Shown here in pieces: positions 24,521 through 36,689 of a stretch of DNA of 64,000 bases. Below the pieces are notes generated by a model. The model ran no database searches. It had not been told where the DNA came from and worked only from the letters and a program-made list of their open reading frames with translations. The number at the start of each line of letters is the position of its first letter. The first letter of the stretch is position 1. A program made the position numbers and the translations under genes. Source of the DNA: Vicugna vicugna. Its lineage: Eukaryota. The stretch spans positions 2,668,001-2,732,000 of the forward strand of contig MU058687.1 in assembly GCA_013265495.1 (NCBI GenBank). The letters are read 5' to 3'.

Positions 24521-24937
24521 CAGGTTTCCCTCGCTATTCGAAAGCAGAGGATTCCTATGAAAACTTTCGTAAGCTGAAATGGAGTAAAGCAAAGAAGTAG
24601 TTACCCTAGGACACACGTGCTGAAGGAGGCACAAAAATAAACTGGGATGAAGCACAGATGCTGGCGGACACAGTTCAAAGTTATGGTGACTTGATGCCGA
24701 GATGCTGAGGAAAGAGCTTGGTGGGGCCGCTTGGGGTGTGCTCTGCCTCTATAACACTTACTGCAAAACTAACACTGAATGCTGTTTTCACTTTACACCT
24801 TTTTTTATAGCAGCAAAAGTCCTCTTTGGAAATCAGTTAGCAAAAACAGGTACTATTCTGGCAGGGAGGTGGGGAAGAGTCTTTCATAAAAGCGAAGTGG
24901 CATAAAGTGAACTTTCAAAAAATGGGAGATACACATG
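24521..24937 (+). mobile_element. MER82-like TcMar-Tigger element nested in a MIR
   Basis: caggtttccctcgctattcgaaagcagaggattcctatgaaaactttcgtaagctgaaatgg ... ctttcataaaagcgaagtggcataaagtgaactttcaaaaaatgggagatac. MIR halves lie on both sides (about 24450-24520 and 24938-25030). Confidence 0.8.
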
Positions 24938-27829
24938 TCATCATTATACAGATGAGGCAACTGAGGCACAGAGAACCAAGGTCACACGGTAATACTATAA
25001 AACTGGACTCCAACCTGGCAGTCTGAATCCAGGACTCGTCAGCACCAAGACGCTGAGGGAGGAGAGAAGGACGAGACTGCCCACGACTGCGAGAGAATCC
25101 TCAGGAACAGAAAGCCCCGTATTCAGACACCTGGTGGTGCTGTGCACTGCAAGGAACTCAGTTCCCAGCCTTGTACAGTCCACAGGAAGTGACCTGCCAG
25201 GGAGATGCCCCTAAGGGCAGTTCTCCATTCAGTAGCCCTAAGTCATGTGATATTAAGAGGGGGGACACAGGCTGCTGCTCAAAGCCCTTCCTATCCATTC
25301 TGCGGTTCTAAAAGCACATAGGCTCAGGCCTCGGGGCACGGGGTGCTGCCCAAGGAGTTGTGCAGAATCAGATCACCTGGTGAGTCCCCGCCAGTGTCTG
25401 TTAATCCTGGCTCAGGGCCTGGCAGGGACTCTGACTCAGCCCTGAGGGTATCAGAATCTGCTTTGCCCCCAAACATCCCCAGGCATTGGAGCTGAGGGCT
25501 CGCCCTAGGCCCAGTCCCTCTGAGACCTTTCTGGAAGCCTCATCCAACCCTGGTGGCCAAGTGCCACAACATCACCACCTGGTCAAGCCCCCAAAAGTCC
25601 TCGTGTGATGGGGTGTTGAATTCTTCCAAGATTCATCTGTCCCCAGTGGTCCCCAGTGCCTTGGGGGAAATGGTGGGTTTTAGCCCCTTGCAGGAATGGA
25701 CTGAGACAGCAGCCCAGGAGCTTCTCCCCCTACTCCCCACTCCGCAGATGCCCTGTGAGATGCTGGAACCATGAAGGGCCTCTGAGCTCTCCTTGTGATG
25801 GCACCCAAGGCCCACCAGGTGTCGCTGGGTAGCTGGTGGGATGATGGGTGATGGCGGGAGGGTCTTCTCCAGCATCGACCCTGGGGACTGGAAAGCAAAG
25901 GCAGAAGGCCCGGGTGGAGCAGAGCAGTGGCCCTGTCTCCCGGTCTCAAGGCCAGCAGAAGCCCCCTGCGAAGGCCCACATCGTGATCCATGAGCCTGGG
26001 AACAGCAGAGGTCACCATCCAAGGCCCAAAATGAGAAGAGGGGAGGTGGAAGCGCAATTCCGGCCCTGTCCCTGGGACTACACCTCCCCATTCCAGCAAG
26101 CCACTGCATGGACAGGAGGCGCCCTCTCACCCTTACCACGCCCCTCTCCAGGGGCTCAGCTCTGCTTCCTGGGGCCCTGCCTGGGGCTACCCCAGCCCCC
26201 CAACATAGAAGGGGCCCCCGGGGCCATGCCGATTGCATTCGTCTCTTAAGCTCCAGAGAGCAGAGCCCCCAGCCTCACCCCTAAGCAAAGCAGGTTCAAA
26301 TTAGGCAGGGCTGGGTCAGACTAATCATTTCCAGGCTAACCAGAGTCCCAAAGGCTTGTCACCCAGAAACCAGCAGGCCCCAACACTGGCTTCCTTCCCA
26401 TCCTCCTCGGACCTTGGAAGGAGAATGGAGGAAGTACAGGTTTTTGTCCTCACCTGTTCCAGCCTCTGAACCCTAAGGCTCCACGCACTGGAGGCCCTGG
26501 CTGTTGCACTGGAAGACTTGGAGCATTTTAATTTCCTCAGGCCCCACCTACCTGAGGACTCATGAGGGCTCACCTTGTAGCTCCCAGAGGTCGACTTACA
26601 GTCCAGGCACTTCTGGTTCCCCAGCTGGGCCTCAAGGAGGAGAAGATCAAAATGAGGAGGGGTGGGGTCCCCCACAGGCCTGGGACTCAGCCCCTCAAGC
26701 TCCAAGTCCTTCTCTCTCTGACAGCTACTCAGAGGCCTGCACCTAGTTCTTCCCTAGACAGGAAAATCAAAGGGGATCGAGCGGGAAAGGAAGGCAGTAG
26801 TTCGGTGAGTGACTCAAAGCCCCACATGTGAGGTGGAAAAGGCAGTCAAGGGATCAGCAGGGGCCCAAGAAAAGCAGGGGATGCAGGGTGTACCCTTTGC
26901 AGGTGTTTAGAGGCAGGAGATGGGTGGGGACAGTCGAATGAGGAGCCGGCTTAGATAGGGGGTTGAGGAGTTTGTTCTGGGTGATGGTTACTGAAGGTAT
27001 CATGGGGATGGTGGATGCATCCAACTAAAAAATTCGGTAAACATAAATCACCCACTGTCCTTCCTTTGTCCATCAATGCACAAATGCAAATTGAGACCCT
27101 ACTGGAGGCTGCACTGTGCCAGGCAATACAGGAGAGTCATCAGAAAGCGTCCTGTTTCCAAAGGCACTGAGGTCTAGGCTCAGGCAGGAAAACAAGACTT
27201 ATGAACAAGAACACTCGTGTGTGTGTGTATCGCACACAACACTGGCTGCAAAAGCGTGTGATAACTGTTCAAGTGTGTTAGCCCCCAACTATTAAATGTT
27301 TGCTCACAGCCACTCCCTGGTCGTTCCTAGCATAAAAAAAAATACATTAAACATGCAAAACTCCCAGAAGCCCTGCCTGATTTTCATGGAGTGTCTGTGA
27401 CTCTGTTCAAGATTTTGCACCTATATGTGTGTGTGCCTGTGCGTGTATGGGTTGGCATGTGTGAGACCAGGCACATAAGTAGCATCTGTAACCTTGTGCT
27501 TGGGAGCCCTGGAAGGAGTTTCTAAGCATTGCTGCATGTCAGAGCAGCAAAGGAACCGAGGGGTCCCCTAGGCCTCTCACTATACAGAAGGGGAGAGGAA
27601 AAATCCAAGGGGCTGAATCATAGGCCTCAGATCACTCAGCTGGGAACAAGGTAAAATGGGCCACGAAGCTTATCTGGGCTGATGGATGAGCTCACCGGAG
27701 GTCAGAGGCAGAAGCAGTGTTGGAAATAGACTATGAGAACACTTTTTTCTCTTCTGCCCATAACAACAGTGGGGAAGATGAGGATACCTCGTGTCACTGT
27801 GTCAACCTGGGGCACAACCGTCAGGGGAG

Positions 27830-28070
27830 ACAATGAAGGGACGTGGTTAAGGATGGAGCTCCGGAGGCAAGCTTCTATGGCTGGAATCCTGGCCCTGTTA
27901 CCTACTGGATGCTTCTTAAAATCTCTACCCCTCTGTCTCCTCACCTGAAAAATAGGGCTGGTGGCACTACCTCCATCACAGGGCTGTTGTGGAAATTAGA
28001 CGGATAGCTTTGATTCAGAAAGCTGCTGGCATGCAGGAAAAGCTGAACTGAGGTGCACTGTTGTAATTAT
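27830..28070 (+). mobile_element. MIR SINE
   Basis: gtggttaaggatggagctccggagg..tggaatcctggccctg..ctctgtctcctcacctgaaaaatagg..cacagggctgttgtggaaatta. Confidence 0.85.
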
Positions 28071-28139
28071 TCTCTGCTTGCAAGCTGGCCAGCCGGATTC
28101 CAGCAAGTCCACCTCCATCAGAGGCCGCTGCTAGAACCA

Positions 28140-29000
28140 CCCCCCACCCCGCCCCCGAGCTCGCCCTCTGGGCTTCCCAGTGCACAAACTTCCTTTTTTA
28201 ATGGTTTACATCGTAATTCCCAAACCTGACTGGCAGGCAACACATATAGAAGCTCTAGCCACCCCCTGGTGAAAGTAAGGCGAGCGGGCAAGCTGCTGGG
28301 TGCCAGCTTTGCCTCGTGGAGGCGGGGGCGGGGGCGGGGGCGGGCCAGGAGCGTTAGGCAACAGAGAGATGCGTCCTGAGTGGGGAGGCTGGTCCTCAGA
28401 ACACGATGCTGTATCTTCTCCTGCCCTGGGATTGTTGCCCCGGCCGGACCCCCGTGGCGCTATACAAAATGCACGTCTAGTAGAGATTTCCTGCAGTCTA
28501 GAGTGTACACGAGCTAGCTGACATGCACACAAGAAGTGGTCTCTTTGTGCAGCTCATTTTAATTTTTGTCATTTTCTTTCTTCTCTTAATTTCCACCCCT
28601 GCCCTGCATCATTGCATGTCAAAACCAGTAGGAACAGTAGAGCCGGGTTTGTCTTCGTTTTAGGACTAAGGACCCTAAGCCCAGACGAATGTTTTTCTTG
28701 TGGTTGGCGGGAGCCCGGCCAAGCCTGCTGAATCCAAGCTGGCCACAGCTCATCCCTCGAGGGCAGGTACCAGGCCTTCCTTAGCAACCGCCGCTGAATC
28801 ACGGCAGGGAGCGCTCGTGGGATCCGGCCCCCGGGGTGGGTCCCTGTAAAGAAGCCACACTTGAGCCTGAGCCCAGCAGAGCTGGCGGGAGGAAGAGCGT
28901 GGGCGCCGTGCTGGCACGAGGCCGCCTGCCCCTCCACCCCCGCGAGAACCCGTGACAAACAACCTTGCCTGGTGCCCGAGTGCCTGCCAAGCCCTGTCGC
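28140..29000. promoter_or_regulatory. CpG-enriched, GC-box-containing promoter/enhancer-like region
   Basis: Tandem GGGGCG units at 28321-28344, local CpG enrichment, RFX half-sites at 28349-28362 and 28776-28788. Confidence 0.5.
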
Positions 29001-30454
29001 AGTAAAGCCCTGGCAGACTCAGCAAGGCATCCAATTTCAGCCCAGCGGGTGGGGAAACCAAGGCAGCAAGAGCCCAATGTGCCCAAGTTCACACACCAGG
29101 CTGGCAACCAGAGGCCGGGCGTCCAGGGCTGCACGCTGACCCCTGAGCCCTGGGGCCACCCCAGCCCCGGCTCTGGACCTGGCACAGAGCAGGAACAAAC
29201 ATTTCCCAGATCCCTGTCAGCCGCAGAACCCAGAGAAAGGCCCAGCACTTTCCATCCCTGAGTCCTCACTGCAGTCCAGGGGAAACAGAGCCACTGCAGG
29301 GCCCCCAGAAGCCCCCTGGGGCATCAAGGCTGGGCCAGGAATCCAGCTCTAGAGCATTCCAGCTCCCAGCTGAGTGCCTGGAACGGCAGACATCAAAAAT
29401 CTGGCAGGCACAGGGAGAAGGGAAGATTAGCTCATTACAGCAGAATGAAGGCAACCGAGAAACCCAGGGAGGGGAGGAGGGACAGAGGCCAAGAATGTTT
29501 CAAGGCAACCTAAAAACGCCTTCAGATTAAAGCAGGCCCAGACACTGGCGGCTTCCCCACTGCTTGAGTTACTGGCCGAGGAAAACCTGGCATGCCTCCG
29601 CCCTTCCTGAGGGGCCACTACTGGTTCACACAGTGTGCAGTCTTGGTACCTAAGTGTCACGAAGGCGATGGAAACAGTAAGCATGTTCGGTTCTCTGTGG
29701 GCAGACATTTGGGCGCAAAACACACAAGTGCAGGTATCCATGGGAGTGGATGCGTGTGTTTGCGTGCAGTCTACAAACGTGTTTTCACCAAGCTCAAGGA
29801 GAAGCGATCAGTCATCTCCGAGGAATCTTAGCAACAGCCATCCCCAGAAAAGGCTCCTGCCAGCTGGAGCTGCGATGAGTCAGCAGAGGCGGCCGTGGGA
29901 GGAGGAGAGCTCTCGCCCTGGAGCCGGCCTCTCCCTTCTCCAGGCCTTGCCGCCTCGCCTGGGTCACTGCTTTGGCACTGATGTCCGAGAACACATTCCT
30001 GGAACTGGCCAGCACAGGCTGCTCAAGGGTTTTTCCCTCCTCCTTCCTCTCCTCTCTTGTCCTGCCCCACACCCGCCCTTTTATTTTTCCTTCTTGCTGC
30101 AAAACCAAAACACCACACTCAGGAGTTCAGGAGCTGCAGCCAAATGGCAGGAGCCGGCAGCAGAGGGACTGAGACACAGGAGCCGCTGTGGGCCAAGCAG
30201 CCAGGGGATGAGGATGCCTCCTGCCCGGCAGGGCAGCCGAGAGGGCCCTGCTGAGTCTGGTTTACGTCCTCCTCCAGGGCTAACGTGTCATCAGCTGGGG
30301 CTCCAGGGAACAAGAGTTCAAGGTGGTGGCTCCCAGGGAAACAGACTGTGTCTGCCTCTGCCCTGCGATCAGAACCTGAGGTTGCTAACACACATGATGG
30401 GGTGGGAGGGTGACCAGAGGAGGAGAGAGGCACCGTGATTAATCATGGCTCTAT

Positions 30455-30610
30455 TGCCTGAGTGCCTGTTCATTTTATCTGCACAGCAACCTTCGGGGTG
30501 GTAGAATTATCTCCTTTTACAGATGGGGAGATGGAGGTGTAGACAGGTAAAAGGATTTGGCCCAAGGTCATGCCGCTATTAGCCATGGAGCTGGATGGAA
30601 TTAAACCTTA
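30455..30610 (-). mobile_element. MIR SINE
   Basis: cacagcaaccttcgggg..attatctccttttacagatggggagatggagg..tggcccaaggtcatg. Confidence 0.75.
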
Positions 30611-31516
30611 AACGGGGCTGGAGCCACCTGGGGGGCTTTCACCGATGGACCACACAACCTTTCTTCCTGGGCTGTACCTCTGCTGCCTGTGCCAGGACCA
30701 CTGCACCTACAAAGAAGAGATACAACAGAAACAAAAGAGGCTAGTGCTGTCCCCTATCCTCTCCCCTCCCGCAAGTGAACAGATATGGGTGAAAAGCCAT
30801 CTGCACCCTCAGCAGCAATGGCAGAGGCAGGGGCAGGGACAGCCTGGCCCAGCCTGAATCCCTGGCCTCTCTACTGGAGGCAGGAAATGAATAAAAGCTA
30901 AATGAGTTTGAAAATGCCAGGAGGCAGTGTTTATCCCCTTCTCCCTCCCCCTCCCCCTGGCAAGGACCGTGTATAGTTACAGTTTAATCTTGGAAATGCC
31001 AGACAGCTGTTCCCCGTTGCTAAGAGACTGGCCCACATTATGCAGATGTCAGAGACCTCAAATGTCTGCCGGAAATTACAGATCATGTTGGAGGAGCGGA
31101 GGGGCCTTCTCTCTGCTGGGGAAGCGCAGCAGGAGACCCCCGGGGAGGGGGGAGGGGGATGGCAGAAATAAGGGGCCCACCCCTTCCTGGGTCTCCCCCT
31201 CTGCCACCCTGGCTCCCTCCTTCCTGCAAACCCACCCCACATCCATCCAGGCTTTCCTCCTTTGACAACTGTGCTGGTGCCCATCTCTACCCTCCCCCTC
31301 CACTTTTCCTTCTGGGGCATCTTTCCTCATTCCAGTGTCCCTCTGTCTGTCATGCAATCTTACCTGCCACTGCAGTTGAGCTGGCTGGGACTGAGCTGGG
31401 AGGGGAGACCAACCACACGCCACGAGGAGTAGGATCCCACCCACTGAGCCCCCTCACCTGGGGCTGAAAATGGACACATATTTGCACACACACTCTCCCT
31501 GACATCCTCTCTCACC

Positions 31517-31557
31517 GCCCCCATGGAAACCTAAGGGCGGGCCATTGCCATGGTAAC
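31517..31557. promoter_or_regulatory. Paired RFX X-box motifs
   Basis: gcccccatggaaac (31517-31530) and attgccatggtaac (31544-31557). Confidence 0.55.
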
Positions 31558-33149
31558 CACAGGCTACCAGAGCTGCTGCATCCCTGGTCCCTGGGGAAGG
31601 GGAGCTGCCATCTGGGCAGGGGGCAGGGTAGGAGGAGGGGAAGCCCTTTTCCAAACCCGAAGTCTAATGGGGACCCCAACTGAAGGTGACAGAGGAATCT
31701 ACCAGGGCCCCGGGGCCAGAGGGGAGCAGGCACAGCTCCTCACTCAGGCTGGAGAGGGGCTCAGGGAAGATGCCAGGTGGTGCCAAGGGAGCAATGGCAT
31801 CAGCAGGGTTTGCAGGATGACCCCCTGGGTACTGCGGAAGTGGGAGATGGGCTGGGGCCTGGGTGCAGAGTGGGTGTGGAGTGTCTGCTGTTTCCCTGAG
31901 AGCCCACAGGGTGCCTCGAGGGCAGAAACTTTATTGCCCTGCCCTTGCAGCCAGGCGGTATCTGCTCTCCCTGCTGCCAGCTGAGTGACCTTGGCTTCCT
32001 CCAGCCTCATAAAATAAAGCCAGGCATACTTTATGTGCCGTGGAAGGTGGCTGTGACGATAAAATGGCACGTGCGCGCACGTGTGTGTGTGTGTGTTTGC
32101 CCATAGACCAAAGTGCTCTAGAGAAAGGTTCGTGGAAGCCCTATGAAAGCAGGGATGGATTCCCACCCGTCCAGCCTTCCCTGGAGATGCAGGTGAGGAT
32201 GGTGGGAAGGGAATGCTATTTACAAGCTTTCCTTCCACGTGACCAGATCTTCCTCCCTGCAAGCGGACACCACCCTCAAAGAGTGCCTTACTGACTTTGT
32301 GCCCTGGCTCCTCTGGCTAGCCCCTCCCCTGGCACATTGCTACAGTGACAGTGATGTCAGCTGGAAAACTGAGGCACAGAGCCTTGCAAGACCTGCCCCC
32401 CATCACAGACCATTAGCTCCTACATAGCCCCTCAGAGCTGCCAACCCCATATCTGTACCCTCCAGCCTCAGCTCCTGCCCTGGGTTTAAACCCCAGAAGG
32501 GCCATGACCTCTATCCCCATCAGTTAGACCCTCAGTTCCCTCCCCTACATGAGAGCTGAGCAAATAACCAGACCTCCTTGGTTCTCCTTCCCCTTCTGGA
32601 AAATGGGAACAATAATAGTATGGACCTGTTAGGGTTGCCGTGAGGATCTGACAAGATCAAACACGAAACCTGCTGAGCTCCTGCTAAGATCATTTCAGTT
32701 CCTTTATTAAAGTGGAGGCAGAGCCCAGCCACTAAGAAAGGTGCTGGGTTTCAGCAGTGAAAGGAGGAGGAATTCCTTGGGCTGCATGCACACCTGCTCT
32801 GCCCCTAGTACATCCACTGGTTTCTGTCTCTTTGGAAGGTTCTAGAAGGGTTGTCCAGGATGGTGCACCTGGGAGTACTCTGAGGACAGGCATCAGCCAT
32901 AAAGACCTGGGAGGTTCACTGGGGCCTCAGAGAAGGTGCTGTTCCAGAAAAGGGGCGGATGGCGGAGGATGGTGTGCCCTTCCCTTGCAAACTGCTGAGC
33001 GGAAGGGATTTGGTACTGGGCAGGAGCCGCTGCTACTGAGCACAGCCAGCTCCCAGCTCAGTTCATTCAGCCACTCTCGGCCCTCGGCCCTCAGCGGCCT
33101 GCATTTGGCAGGAGGGAGGACCGAGGAGGACTGGGCAGCTGCTCAGTCT

Positions 33150-33515
33150 CTCTTTGTTCCTCTTTCTCTCTCCCCTAGGCTCGCCTCATCCTTTCATTTC
33201 CTCTCTCCCAGCTTTCTCTCTCCCTCATTCACTTTCTCGCCCTTTCTCAGCTCCCTCCCCCTTTCATCCCTCCCTTGAAGCTGATTTCTTGCTTTCTCAT
33301 CCTTTCTTCTTCCTCCGAGCTCAGAATCACACTTGGCAGCCAGTCCTCCCATCCCGCCTCCCTCCCTCCCTCCCCTGTGTCCTTCCCTCCACCCTCTTCT
33401 CCAGCAGCCTCTCTTCCATCCCCTCTCCATTTCCTCCCTCCCCTTCCTCCCCTCCTGTTTCTCCTTTCTCTCCCCTCTTATCCCTCACCTTCTCTCTCTC
33501 TATCTCTTCTTCACC
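33150..33515 (+). repeat. Pyrimidine-rich (CT) low-complexity tract
   Basis: About 360 bp dominated by C/T, with cctcc/ctctc repeats. Confidence 0.9.
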
Positions 33516-33979
33516 TAAAGGAGACACTTCCTTTGAGTCCCCAGACAGACAAAGCCAGGTCAAGGTCATCCATCAAGCCCTCCCCAGCCCTGACCTGGGA
33601 GATTGGGGTCCAGAGATCAAGGTCAGAGCTGAGCAGAAAATCAGAGTAGGTTGGGGAGAGTCTGTCTCAGAGTCCAGACAACCCTTATGGCACCTAGAAT
33701 CCTCTCCCTACCTGGGGATTCCTATGCCAGGCCACCTGCTCCTTACAAACACCCACCTGGCTTCTAGTCCCTACTGCATACACTCCCCCGTGGAGCAGGG
33801 GATGTCTAATCTTGACCCTCCCTGGTTCTGTTTACCTCCTCACTCTCTGCCCTGGTGCAGGGAGTTCAGGTGAGAAGGCAAGAGAGAAATCAGAAGCAAT
33901 AATAACCTGCTTTGAACGAACTCTGAATAACCTGTTTTGGAAGGACACGGCTGGGGGAGGGTTGTTCCATATATGAGGA

Positions 33980-34185
33980 GTATGTTGTAGTAGAAAAAGC
34001 AGGAGGCTTTGAAACCAGACAGGCTGAGCTTGAATGTTGACCCTGCTCCTTAATAGCCAGTGACCTTGAGCAAGACACTGGCTGCACCTCAGTGTCCCTC
34101 TCTGTACCATGAGGAGAGTCAAAAGAGCACCTCCCTCCCAGGGCAGCTGTGAGACTGCAGTGAGAGAATGCTCCCACCTAAGCAC
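33980..34185 (+). mobile_element. MIR SINE
   Basis: gtagtagaaaaagcaggaggctttgaaaccagacaggctgag..agccagtgaccttgagcaag..cctcagtgtccctctctgta. Confidence 0.8.
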
Positions 34186-34259
34186 CAGTTCTCCCTCCTT
34201 GGAGAAAGAAGGCTTCGTGGAGGGGATGGGGCTTGTTCTGAGTGTTGAGAGATGGATAA

Positions 34260-34460
34260 TAATAGTAATCATACTTCTATTTTTGTTGACATCAGGCGCT
34301 CTGCTAAGCACTTTAAATGCATTGTCTCGTTTAATCCCCAGCAACCCTCTAAGCAGTTAATTTCTTTTTTTAATCCCTGTTTCATGGAAGATTTGAGGCT
34401 CAGCAAGGCCAGGCAGTTTGCCTCCAGTCACACAGCAAAGTGAAGAAGCAAAGTTCTCAA
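34260..34460 (-). mobile_element. MIR SINE
   Basis: caggcgctctgctaagcactttaaatgcattgtctcgtttaatccccagcaaccct..tgaggctcagcaagg..gtcacacagc. Confidence 0.85.
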
Positions 34461-35157
34461 CTCCTCTGCTGTTGCTTGGGATGGGGGTGGGGGACGTAGC
34501 AAGTGACAGCTGACAAGACCAAGCACAGTGCCTAAACCAGGCGTGAGTAGGGGACAGTGAGGGTCTGGGTGTGGCCAGGGGTGAATTCTAATTGAGGCCA
34601 ACACAAGCCCAGTGCTAGCTCTCAGGTCAGACTCCAAGCCTTCTAGTTTCCTGGGTCAGTGCTCAGCCCCTGGCCAGCCTGCCAGAATTCTTACTGTTGA
34701 ACCAGGTGGGGAAAGAGAGGAGAGGTGGGGTCCAGGTTTCCATCTCTGGAGCAGCACCTCCCCAACGCTCCCCTCCTTCCCACACACACACCCTGTAATC
34801 CTGATAATCCCCGAGGTTCCGTCCCACCCCTTGTGTGGCAAAAATCTCTTGGGGTTTTGCCACCCTGTGTTGTATAACGGGGTTAATCAGCTGCTTCTCT
34901 GGGGAATCAGGACAGGGCCTGTGGGACTACTGCCTGGGGTGACAAAGAGGACAGTGGCTGTGGGACCACGGGAGGCAGGCAATTTATGGGAAAGAGGGGA
35001 TGATGAAATCTTAAAACAGATGGCTTCTGGTGAGAAGAGGTGAGCCAGGAGGACATTAGCCAAACAGGTGTAATGGCCCCACCTCTGCACCCAGCCCCAG
35101 CACCCTTCCCCCAGCCTCTCGGATTACACGTGCCTGGCTTTCAAATAGAACTCTGCA

Positions 35158-35171
35158 GTTCCCATGGCAAC
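35158..35171. promoter_or_regulatory. RFX X-box
   Basis: gttcccatggcaac, one mismatch from GTTGCCATGGCAAC. Confidence 0.6.
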
Positions 35172-35569
35172 TCACCCACGTGGTCTCTGCCTTAGAGGCT
35201 GAGGGGGGAGCCACTAAGGGCAGCTGACAGAAGGCAGGAGGTGCTCCTGGAAGGTGAGGGCAGAGACCCACCTTCCCAGGCCCCTGCCACCCCTCCTGCC
35301 TTCACCCTTCCCTCCAGGGCCGCCAGCTGAGGCCCCACAAAGCCCCCAAAGAGAGAAGAGAGGGAGCTCCAGGATGAGGAGGAGGCAAGATCACTTCCAG
35401 CGAAGGTGTCCTTGACCTGGGCCATCCTGGGGCAACCTCTCATCACCCCTCTGTTCTCTTCAAGGAGAGGTCAGGGGAGAGTCTGAGCAGGAACATGCCC
35501 TCTCTCATGTCTCCTCTTCCCTTCCTGTGAGACGGGTTGCCGTCCTGTTCTGAAGCTAGAGTCTGAGTT

Positions 35570-35718
35570 CTTCCTTGGCTGCTGTGAGCTGTGTGACTTT
35601 GGGCCAGGGGCTTAACCTCTCTGAGACTGTATCCTCCTCTTTACAATGGGCACACCCTCTTCTTAGTGTTTTCAAAGGGGAACGCATGAGATGACATTTG
35701 GGAGAGTGCTATGTGAAA
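35570..35718 (+). mobile_element. MIR SINE fragment
   Basis: agctgtgtgactttgggccaggggcttaacctctctgagac..atgagatgacatttgggagagtgct. Confidence 0.8.
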
Positions 35719-36689
35719 AAAGAAACACATAAACGAGAGAGAAGAAGAGATAGTCCTGGTAAGATGGAAGGGCAGGCAGAGCCCACCCTTTGCTTCCCTA
35801 TCTGGCCAGGGGCCCAGCTATACTGCAAGGAACCTGCTGTTCAGAAACCCTTGTGTTAAAGCCACGGTTTTTTTAAGCCCTCACCTTCCTGTTAACTGTG
35901 TCTTGATTGATCTCCCCTGGGCTTGACCCCTACCAAGAGCATCTCCTTCTGGCCAAATGCCTAGTCTAGAAGCAAGTTCCCTGTCAACCTGCCCTGCTGC
36001 CCCACCGCCAGCGTGCTGATCTCTTAGGTCGGCGATGCCTTCCCTGGAGAAGACAGCACAGCCTTCTCTGAGCACTTCCACCCTTTCTGTGCTCCTGTCT
36101 TTAGATTGGGAGGCTCCCTCGTGGTCTCTTGCTGGCAATTTCTCTCCAGCCCTGCTGGTGGGGACTCACCCGGGCTTGGTCCCCTGAGAAACAGCCAAAA
36201 CCCTGGGAAGCCAAGCTTGGGATAGAGAGTGCGGGGGTAATGGGAGAGGAAGAAAGAGGCCAAAGTGCTTGCCATACTCCCCACCCTAGTGAGAGGAGCT
36301 TGAACTTGGCCATTTGTCTGTCTCTTCCTCCCCAGTCTCCATGCACTGGCTCAAGAGGAACCCCGCAGGCTGCACTCAGCTACCCCTGAGAACCAGTGTG
36401 TCTCTTCCCTTCTCCCAAGAGCCTCTGGGTTTCCCTGGGCGGTTTCCCCGTGCCCTGGGACCCTAAGTGAGCCACCTGCCTCCCTCCCTAGGCCTCCTTC
36501 CTTCATCCATCAAGTGGGGATGATCTCCGAGGCCCCCTTGGCTCTAAAACACTGACTCGGCAACTCTCTGCAGCTGGCAGAAGCGCCTGGCCTGCAGCCT
36601 CCTCCCCAGCCCAGCCCCCTCCTTTCCTTTGTCACCTCATTCGGCAGTGCCCCCGAATCCCAGAGAGGGTGGCTTTCATTATTTTTTTC

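Noticed and set aside
29635..30438. 267-aa ORF
   Set aside because: No recognisable homology or exon structure, with a Pro/Gly/Arg/Ser composition typical of shadow ORFs.
33154..33873. 239-aa Ser/Pro/Leu/Phe-rich ORF
   Set aside because: It is the translation of a CT low-complexity tract.
33980..34460. Oppositely oriented MIR pair as a possible dsRNA hairpin
   Set aside because: The copies are too diverged for extended pairing, and the arrangement is common.
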